From Prevotella sp. (lineage in GTDB: Bacteria > Bacteroidota > Bacteroidia > Bacteroidales > Bacteroidaceae), in NCBI GenBank assembly GCA_017462915.1, contig JAFTQG010000046.1:15856-79855 (forward strand): a DNA stretch of 64,000 bases, given 5' to 3'. This document shows, piece by piece, positions 57,060 through 64,000 of this stretch. The stretch's first letter is position 1. Each line of letters starts with the position of its first letter. Both the position numbers and the translations under genes were made by a program. The notes under the pieces were generated by a model. That model was not told the origin of the DNA and made no database searches. It saw only the letters and a program-made list of their open reading frames with translations.

Positions 57060-57911
57060 TTATTTTTCAATATTATTCTTCGATTTTCTTATTAACTCCC
57101 ATCCTTGCTTAAAGTCTTGAGTCATTCGATTAAGATGTCTTAATGTGGCTTCAATATCTGACTCTTTTGGGGACGGAAGAATTTCCTCATTATGTTCTAT
57201 ACCAATAAAATCTTCCATGACATCTTTTTTCGTCACAATATTAATATGTGACACTTCTGGACTTGAAGATAGTATTTTTCTTACATCTTTTATGTTTGAC
57301 TCACTGTTTACTATCAGGTATTTTATGTCGGAATATTCAAACGAGACACCAAAATCCAAACGGGAATGTCCAATTTGCTTTTTATAATCAGCATAACCGT
57401 CTTCGGTTAGATACGGCATCACTTCATGTTTGTCTGTCTCAGTTATATAAGGAACCAATCGGTATTCCCGCTCATCATAAAACCGATAGTTCTTAAACTT
57501 CCGATTCTTAGTGACAAGAGGTGCTTGAACAAATTTGACGTTAGACAATAGATACATTGCCATTCCCATATAACCTTTTTCTTCGTGCTCTATTGTTTCT
57601 ATAAGCATCTTGAACAATTGATTATAAACACGTGAGCCATTATTGCAATACCAAACAGGCGAAAAACCATTTCTTAAACCCCATTCACGCGAAAATCCAA
57701 TAGCGTAATCGCCATACGTCCATTTTGTTGTAGCAATTTCCGAGAACGGTAAGTCGCACATACTAATCATTGGGAATGCTATACCTCCCATCTTATTTAT
57801 TGGAAATATCTTCTCCAGACTATATGAATAGGAGATATTGCGACTTTTAAGAATCGAAAAAAAGGCATCCCTCTTTGTCATGTGCCACAGTGTGTTAGAA
57901 CTTAATCCCAT
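57060..57911 (-). CDS. AbiGi-like (abortive-infection family PF10899-like) protein
   Basis: The N-terminus LWHMTK..F..ILK, FPMISMCDLPFSEI and YGDYAIGFSREWGLRNGFSPVWY match my recollection of the AbiGi signature (LFHFT.., PMVCFCDIPLS, YG.YGIGL.K.W). There was no search. Confidence 0.55.
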   Translation of the reverse strand: MGLSSNTLWHMTKRDAFFSILKSRNISYSYSLEKIFPINKMGGIAFPMISMCDLPFSEIATTKWTYGDYAIGFSREWGLRNGFSPVWYCNNGSRVYNQLFKMLIETIEHEEKGYMGMAMYLLSNVKFVQAPLVTKNRKFKNYRFYDEREYRLVPYITETDKHEVMPYLTEDGYADYKKQIGHSRLDFGVSFEYSDIKYLIVNSESNIKDVRKILSSSPEVSHINIVTKKDVMEDFIGIEHNEEILPSPKESDIEATLRHLNRMTQDFKQGWELIRKSKNNIEK

Positions 57912-58005
57912 AAGATTACATGATATTCTCTTCTTAATACACTATTAACATTCCACGAAAACATTAAACCACATCATGTCCATCCGTTATAGCGCCGTTC
58001 GCAAA

Positions 58006-58068
58006 GCGTATGCTTGAAGAATCCCCCATAGTTAACATGGAGTGGAAGTGTCAGTATGCCTATTTCAT
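58006..58068 (-). pseudogene. degenerate duplicate of the pyruvyl transferase 5' end
   Basis: 63 nt, roughly 94 percent identical to 56969-57033 with two 1-nt deletions. It reads ATG AAA TAG. Weaker similarity extends to about 57968. Confidence 0.7.
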
Positions 58069-58404
58069 AATATTTAATTGTTATTGCGGGCAAGCTGAGG
58101 AGCGACCTCATTTAACATGACCACCTTTTGAAATGGACACGGGAGCGATTCTATCTCATGCGCTATAGACTTACTTATAGGTTTCATTGTACAATGTGCT
58201 ACTGCCCAGAATTGCTCCTGCCCATCTCAATACAATGCTACTTACAGTTTCTGCTTTTTGTTTTTTTACTTCTACTATTTTCATACTATTCGATTTAATT
58301 AAGTTATAAACACTGATGCATCCCATACACACTGTGAATGGAGGAACATGAGCAAAACCGAACAACAAAACCTGTAAGATATCTATAACGACAGTCGACC
58401 TTAT

Positions 58405-60162
58405 TTATTCTTTCTTCAAAACCTTTTTTGCAATTGTTATTCCAGTTTCTCCAACAACAGTTTTTACAACATTCTTTATTTTACCTTTTACAATAGCTTT
58501 TGTATCAACCATTGTGTTTAGCACCATTTCAAGGGCATTACTTTCATCTTCTGTCTCTGTAAAAACTTCAAAAAGCATTGGCTTGTCAGTCATTTCACTA
58601 TTCAAAAATCTGTCCATAGAAACTAAGAATTCTTCTTTGTTTGATGCTGTTAGATATTCATATCCAAGATTCTCAGCATAATCTTTCACCAAACGATTAG
58701 ACTTATTACCATAATGTTCAGCTGCAGCTATATATTTATCAGCTTCTTCACCAAGGAAATAGCAAGGGTGCCCATAATTTCGGAATTCGTTGCCTTTACC
58801 ATTGTTGATAAGCATTATGCGGACATTTTTGTCTACATGGCGGTTGCCTACAACATTCATGTCATAGAAAAAGGCCAAATCACCGGATATACCAAAGAAA
58901 ATCTTATAAGGACATGCAAATGATGCCCCCATCATGGTGGACACACCGCCGTCTATTCCAAATCCACCAACGTTGCATTTTGCCTGTATGTCGTTGGGTA
59001 ATTTAAAGAAATTCCATGAACGGAGGCTGTGGTATATTCCAAAATGGATTTCGCAGTTAGTTGGTAATTTGTCATGCATCTGCTGAGCCATCCAAATATT
59101 ACTGAAAGGCAACACTGGCAAATTGGCTTCCACATTAGCGATTTCCTTGTTTATATTGCTGAAATATTCATCTCGTGCTACTTCCGATTTTGAATAATGT
59201 TCAAAGAAAGTCTGTTCAGGCATCATAAACACCCTACGTAATGTGCCGAAAGTATCACGTAAAGCTCCATCCGGACTTACACGCCAAGTGTGTTTTGCCC
59301 TTATACAGAACTGATCACCTGAGACCTCACCAATATGTATGCACAGATTAGCATCTCTAAGTGGTGAAACCCACTTTTGCTGTCCAAATACAAACTGTCC
59401 ATGTACTTCATATTTGCCACGATACCCACTGGTATGGTCACAACATACAATAGCATCATGAGTAGCGCAGAATTTGTCAATGGCTTTTGTCTGTTCCTCT
59501 GTAAAATTTGCATGTGAACCAATTCTTACAGCTATTCTACCTTCTGGTATAATAGGCCATTCTTGTTCAAAAGCTGTATGACGATATATTGCATTTACGT
59601 GAGGTATATCCACTACTGAGAAATCATTACTGTATTGGGTGTACATATTAATATGTGCAGGTCCACCACCATTTAACGACAAAGCAAGTATTGCCTTATT
59701 GGCTTCAATCTCACACACACGTTCATCCTCCTTATCCTTAACCATTGGAATAGTAACACTTTCCATGGCAATATCATTCGGTAAATTGCGACGGTCTATC
59801 TGTTGGTCTATCAAATGACCAACCTTATGGTTTCCACGTGTTGATGTTATGGCAAGTACAGGCAATTTGCGGTAATATGCTTCTGTAAGTCCTGGCATGT
59901 AATTGCGTGATGCAGTAGCTCCTGTACAACTGATAACTACAGGCTCTCCTGTCTCAGCAGCCATACCGCAGGCAAGATAGGCTGCACTGCGCTCATCTAC
60001 CGAAGACCATATTTGAAACCAAGGATCATTTTCTATGCTTACAACAAATGTCATATTTGTTGTTCCTGGGGATGCAATCACTCTATGTATGCCATGAGCC
60101 TTGAGCAGGGCTATGACAATCTGGACATTACGCTCGTTTGTATAGTGAAACTTTTGTTCCAT
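58405..60162 (-). CDS. thiamine-pyrophosphate-binding enzyme (MenD/acetolactate-synthase-like)
   Basis: N-terminal PYR domain ..VIASPGTTNMTF..SSVDERSAAYLACGMAAETGEPVVISCTGATASRNYMPGLTEAYYRKLPVLAITS. C-terminal GDLAFFYDMN..N(N)GKGNEF TPP motif. Confidence 0.7.
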   Translation of the reverse strand: MEQKFHYTNERNVQIVIALLKAHGIHRVIASPGTTNMTFVVSIENDPWFQIWSSVDERSAAYLACGMAAETGEPVVISCTGATASRNYMPGLTEAYYRKLPVLAITSTRGNHKVGHLIDQQIDRRNLPNDIAMESVTIPMVKDKEDERVCEIEANKAILALSLNGGGPAHINMYTQYSNDFSVVDIPHVNAIYRHTAFEQEWPIIPEGRIAVRIGSHANFTEEQTKAIDKFCATHDAIVCCDHTSGYRGKYEVHGQFVFGQQKWVSPLRDANLCIHIGEVSGDQFCIRAKHTWRVSPDGALRDTFGTLRRVFMMPEQTFFEHYSKSEVARDEYFSNINKEIANVEANLPVLPFSNIWMAQQMHDKLPTNCEIHFGIYHSLRSWNFFKLPNDIQAKCNVGGFGIDGGVSTMMGASFACPYKIFFGISGDLAFFYDMNVVGNRHVDKNVRIMLINNGKGNEFRNYGHPCYFLGEEADKYIAAAEHYGNKSNRLVKDYAENLGYEYLTASNKEEFLVSMDRFLNSEMTDKPMLFEVFTETEDESNALEMVLNTMVDTKAIVKGKIKNVVKTVVGETGITIAKKVLKKE

Positions 60163-60180
60163 ATCATTATCTTGTCGTTT

Positions 60181-61020
60181 TTATTTCCATCTTGCATTTA
60201 TGGTCTTTCCTTCGTTGCAAACCAATATTTGACCGTTCAAGCAGTTTGACGCATCAGAAAGCAAGAAACTTGCTACTTCTGCCACTTCCTCTGGCAGGTA
60301 ATATCTTCCAGTCATATTGCAATCTAAAGCTAAATTTTCTCTGTCTTTCTTGCCGACCATGTCTGAGATTGTAACACCTGGTGCAACAGCATTGATACGG
60401 TATCCTTCGTTGACATAGCGGTGTGCCAATCCTTGAATAAGGCTATTTAGCGCAGTTTTGGTTAGTCCGTAAGGGCGTTCATCTACCGTCATACTTGTTT
60501 CGGAAGAAGTGAATAAAATGTGTTTAACTCCTTGCGACTTTTCTTTGGCACAATACTCCATAAAGACTTGTGTTAAGAAAAATGGACCTTTCAAGTTGGT
60601 GCTAAATTGGTCATCGAACTGTTTGGAAGATACGGCAAGAAAGCCATCTTCGTGCAATGAGATGCCTGCATTATTTACTAAACAATTGATGTTTCCTCCT
60701 AATAGTTTGTCAGCTTCCTTCATAAAAGAAGAAAAAGATTCTGTATCTTGCATATCTAATCGGAGGTATGCACAAGTGATTTTTGCGGCACTCTCTTCCA
60801 AAATGGATTCATTTCGCCCGGTAATAAGTACTTTAGCACCCTCTTCCGCAAATCGTTTGGCCATAGCATATCCCAAACCTTTTCCTCCACCAGTGACAAT
60901 AATTTTCTTGCCGCTTAATTTGGAAGAGGGAGATGTGTAGTGTATGTCTGCTTTGATTATTACTTGAGGTATTCCTTTCAGAATATATCTAAGAACACGT
61001 TTCAATTTATCTTTATTCAT
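60181..61020 (-). CDS. SDR family oxidoreductase
   Basis: Cofactor motif VTGGGKGLG. Predicted catalytic Y in the PYGLTK (YxxxK) motif. Confidence 0.85.
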   Translation of the reverse strand: MNKDKLKRVLRYILKGIPQVIIKADIHYTSPSSKLSGKKIIVTGGGKGLGYAMAKRFAEEGAKVLITGRNESILEESAAKITCAYLRLDMQDTESFSSFMKEADKLLGGNINCLVNNAGISLHEDGFLAVSSKQFDDQFSTNLKGPFFLTQVFMEYCAKEKSQGVKHILFTSSETSMTVDERPYGLTKTALNSLIQGLAHRYVNEGYRINAVAPGVTISDMVGKKDRENLALDCNMTGRYYLPEEVAEVASFLLSDASNCLNGQILVCNEGKTINARWK

Positions 61021-61035
61021 ATTGATATACTTTAA

Positions 61036-62574
61036 TTATCTTTTTATTTTATTTTTTAGCATCACAATTCTTTCTCTTAAAAATTCACGTTCTCCGGCAT
61101 TGAAGCCCCATTGATAACAACAAAATGCTGTCCAAAGTACGGCTATAGGCGATACTACAAAGAAATGTAGAATGCCTGAGGGTATCCACCAGGCAACTAT
61201 ACAGGGTAAGGTGAACGCAAGTACGGAAACCCACAGACAAGGGAGAATTCCTTCACGGAGGAAACGGCGTACTGGGAATCGTATCAAGCGACGCAGGGTA
61301 TAGAAACGTACTATGTTCAGTAGGAAATAGACCACAATAAAGATGACATATGGACTCCATACCGGTGCGCCCAGTTTGAAAGCAATCCAAGCAAGGGGGA
61401 ACACACTGCATCCCCACGCAGTGACCTCTATCTGATATCTGCGGATATTACCTTGTGCTTGTATTACCTTCAATATGGTTGAACCTGACTGCACAGCCAG
61501 CGACTCAAACATCGTAAGGCGCAGGAAAACTCCTGCCAATGGTGGCACATCGACAAGCCATAATTGCAATAATGTGTCGGCTTCCAAGCAGACGGGAACA
61601 ATAAAAATGTACATTAACAACCACGTGAATTTAGTGCCTCGAATGGCAAGCTGTACCATATAGTCAATGTTGCCACTGGCAAACGATTTGGTGATTTGTG
61701 GGCTGAAAGCGGTAGTGAAATCGTTTACAAACTTCTGTATTGCACTATTGACTGTATTGGCAACTCCACGGGAAGCGTTGAATACCACGCCGTAGAATAC
61801 ATTAACCAACATATTGACACCCTGTGTGTTGAAAGCCCAAGCACTGCTGCCAAACAGATTCCAACCAGCATAGCTGCTCATTTCCTTTAGCAGTTTGAGG
61901 TCGAATACACGTCGGAATCTCGCTTCCTTGAAATGTTTGAAACAGTAGAAGCAGTAGAACAATGTCATTAGTGTGCTGGCTATCGCAAGCAAGATAGAGA
62001 ACAGTATTAAGCGGTCACCGCCATAGGCTTGTATGGAGAAGCAGAGTATCAATTTGGTTACAACGTCTGCAATACCCATATATGCATAAACTCCCATACG
62101 TTCGTAGGCAATGATGACTGCTGTAAAAGGAACGCCTATAAGACCTACAGCCATAGTGAACACGGAGCATTGCAACACCCAGTTTGCAGCATCCATACGA
62201 CCATCGGGTATGGACGCCTGTGTGTTCAGAAACCATACACCAACAACTTCCAATATCACTATGGCAATGGCTGCCATAATAATCTGTACATTGACCGAGG
62301 TACTGAACACTGTTTTCTGTTTCTCAGTATCACCTTCGCCAATAGCGTAGGTTATGTAGCGACTAATGGCGGCAGCCATAGTACTTGTAATGATACTTGA
62401 CATACCGACAATACCTCCCACTACATTATTGATACCGTAATTATCAACACCTAATGCCTGAAGCATGACACGACCTGTATACAGGCTTACGCACATCGTA
62501 ATGAATGTACGCATATAGAGAATCAAGGTGTTTTTTGCTATTCTTTTGTTATTTTCTGAAGTTTGAGTTGGCAT
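61036..62574 (-). CDS. wzx: polysaccharide flippase (Wzx, MOP superfamily)
   Basis: 512 aa with about 12-14 TM segments. The N-terminus KNTLILYMRTFITMCVSLYTGRVMLQALGVDNYG is typical of Wzx-like proteins. It is the first gene of the locus. Confidence 0.75.
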   Translation of the reverse strand: MPTQTSENNKRIAKNTLILYMRTFITMCVSLYTGRVMLQALGVDNYGINNVVGGIVGMSSIITSTMAAAISRYITYAIGEGDTEKQKTVFSTSVNVQIIMAAIAIVILEVVGVWFLNTQASIPDGRMDAANWVLQCSVFTMAVGLIGVPFTAVIIAYERMGVYAYMGIADVVTKLILCFSIQAYGGDRLILFSILLAIASTLMTLFYCFYCFKHFKEARFRRVFDLKLLKEMSSYAGWNLFGSSAWAFNTQGVNMLVNVFYGVVFNASRGVANTVNSAIQKFVNDFTTAFSPQITKSFASGNIDYMVQLAIRGTKFTWLLMYIFIVPVCLEADTLLQLWLVDVPPLAGVFLRLTMFESLAVQSGSTILKVIQAQGNIRRYQIEVTAWGCSVFPLAWIAFKLGAPVWSPYVIFIVVYFLLNIVRFYTLRRLIRFPVRRFLREGILPCLWVSVLAFTLPCIVAWWIPSGILHFFVVSPIAVLWTAFCCYQWGFNAGEREFLRERIVMLKNKIKR

Positions 62575-62618
62575 ATTTTTTATTTCAAGCAGGAGAATAT
62601 ATAAAAAATCAAGAGGAG

Positions 62619-62626
62619 CAAATATA
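62619..62626 (-). promoter_or_regulatory. candidate -7 box (TATATTTG on minus) for the polysaccharide operon
   Basis: The plus strand reads caaatata, 45 nt upstream of the wzx ATG at 62574. Confidence 0.4.
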
Positions 62627-62705
62627 TTACATGAAGTAAGTTCTTATCATTAGGACCATATCATTATTATTTGGCTTATTTTGTACTTTTTTGATTTTCT
62701 ATTTA

Positions 62706-63562
62706 TTATTCACCAATACCTTTAAACAGGTAAGAATAGTTTGAAATGTCAGGTATGTTGCAAACTGGTATATATAGGTTTGATATCGGTTCACCGATGC
62801 AAATATTATTATATTTATCAATCCCAAGTTTTAACTCAGCATCACCCAATTCTGCTTTGATAGCGTAATATGATTTAACAAGCATATTATAGATGTTCAC
62901 CAGGGCAAGAGTGGATCCAGCACTAGTGCCAGCAGCTGTAATACCATATCCTCCTATTGTTGATGTCCCGTCTGACCTTTTTACTATAACATTAATTCCA
63001 GCTTTCCTAAGCTTTCCTATCTCAGGTGAACTGAAATCTACCTCTGGCCTCCCACTTACATCCCAATCTGATGTTAATTCTGGCCAGTTAGCATGAGCAA
63101 TATTTAGTAGTTCTTTATCGCTCCAATGATTATGAGCATCTATTTTAAGAGCAAGGATATTTCATCTTTTACCATAGCATATAAGATATCTCCTGTACGC
63201 TCAATATAGCCAGAACTCTGAATGGTTACACCCAAATGGAAGTGATGAATTTGCCACGATGATAACATCAAGTCTGTATAACCCTCACGTTTCATTGTCT
63301 TAGACTGGTGCGGATTGATATCTTCACCACTTTCCACCTTTGATCTGAACATTTCCCATCCTTCTTGCAATTCTGGAGGGCAGGTGAAATCTTTTGCAAT
63401 CAGTATTTTTCTTGGTTTGGGAGGAATAATGCGCTTTACAAGTGTTATATATTGGATGATAATATCATCTGGTTTGTCGCTCTTTATTTGTATACCGGCC
63501 GCAGTCATACGTTGTTCTAGTATACCTGCAAAATCTTTTTGAAACGGTATAGTCTTTTTCAT
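62706..63562 (-). pseudogene. unknown ~286-aa protein interrupted by a 1-nt frameshift at an A3 run (63160-63162)
   Basis: ORF 63140-63562 ends ..YAMVKDEISLLLK*. The next frame is open from 63161 (NILALKIDAHNHWSDKELL...) down to 62706. One extra A would give ..KDENILALKIDAHNHW... Confidence 0.5.
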
Positions 63563-63621
63563 GAATGTATTTTTTATCGTTTATATTGCTTAGTGAAATA
63601 TTAGCTCAAATCTGATATCCT

Positions 63622-64000
63622 TCAACCATTATGAGTCATTGATGATAGAAATCTTTCCATATTAACAAGCATTGCTTGTCTGGTAGAAGAAATTCCTTCT
63701 GGTCTGAAATGCATAAGGTCATTGCGAATTTTCCTTATCTCATCCAATGCATTGGTGAAGGCTGTCCTGTCTACATTCAGGCTCAACTTGTTCCACATAT
63801 CTCGATTCTCCAATATTCTGACATAATAGCCAAAATTTAGGTCATCAATGGATGTGATATTTGGACGGTCTTCTTCTTTAATGAAGGGCAGTATATCCTC
63901 AAGAGTGAATATGTTTATCAACTGACGAATGTAAGTCTCAATCTCCTTTATCAACAGATATGGCTCAGTCAGTTTTAGGTATTGCTGAGAGATGTCCGTG
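63622..64000 (-). CDS. C-terminal part of a HEPN-motif protein (5' end outside the window)
   Basis: The frame is open to the window edge. The Rx4H motif sits in ..DEIRKIRNDLMHFRPEG.., resembling Swt1-like HEPN domains. Confidence 0.5.
   Translation of the reverse strand, partial: TDISQQYLKLTEPYLLIKEIETYIRQLINIFTLEDILPFIKEEDRPNITSIDDLNFGYYVRILENRDMWNKLSLNVDRTAFTNALDEIRKIRNDLMHFRPEGISSTRQAMLVNMERFLSSMTHNG

Noticed and set aside
62575-62705. Invertible promoter (fin-type inverted repeats) or UpxY-like regulator upstream of the polysaccharide locus
   Set aside because: I found no convincing inverted repeats flanking the candidate promoter and no NusG-like ORF. I cannot exclude elements beyond the window.

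Overview
The window reads as a Bacteroidales (Bacteroidota) chromosomal segment. Support: a 2349-aa T9SS SprA, meso-DAP dehydrogenase, EtfBA plus a long acyl-CoA dehydrogenase, starts without Shine-Dalgarno sequences, and recurrent TAnnTTTG -7 boxes upstream of genes.

Layout:
- 1-38.2 kb: housekeeping genes. These are a MATE exporter, ddh, ruvA, sprA, PBP4, etfBA-acd, fabI, a PAP2 phosphatase, a BASS symporter, tRNA-Ala/tRNA-Leu, SPFH-NfeD, Fic, parC, an S41 peptidase, an ABC-2 exporter and a HIT protein.
- 38.2-62.6 kb: one minus-strand surface-polysaccharide locus of about 24 kb that looks AT-rich by eye. It has 9-10 glycosyltransferases, four acyltransferase-3 genes, Wzy, Wzx, a GtrA/GtrB/GT-C module, a pyruvyl transferase, and a TPP enzyme plus SDR. 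An AbiGi-like gene is inserted in it.
- 62.7-64 kb: a frameshifted unknown gene and a HEPN-motif gene cut by the window edge.

The most unusual signals are non-coding:
1. A family of hairpins anchored at stop codons. Each has GU-rich 8-mer repeats, a core of 9-mer GGCTAT repeats, and AC-rich 8-mer repeats. There are 7 loci, all in the core region.
2. Clusters of REP-like AAAGGTSACCTTT palindromes at 5 loci.
3. G/C8-9 homopolymer tracts in three of the four acyltransferase genes, one of them currently out of frame. This suggests phase-variable polysaccharide acylation.
4. A tandem pair of structured RNA-like elements with compensatory stem changes upstream of the PAP2 gene.
5. Two copies of a roughly 197-bp long-hairpin MITE-like element.
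6. A 5' leader made of three 66-nt repeats.

Caveats: there was no database search or folding software. Products are called from motifs I recognise and coordinates were counted by hand. All three apparent frameshifts sit at short homopolymers, so assembly error is a live alternative to biology.
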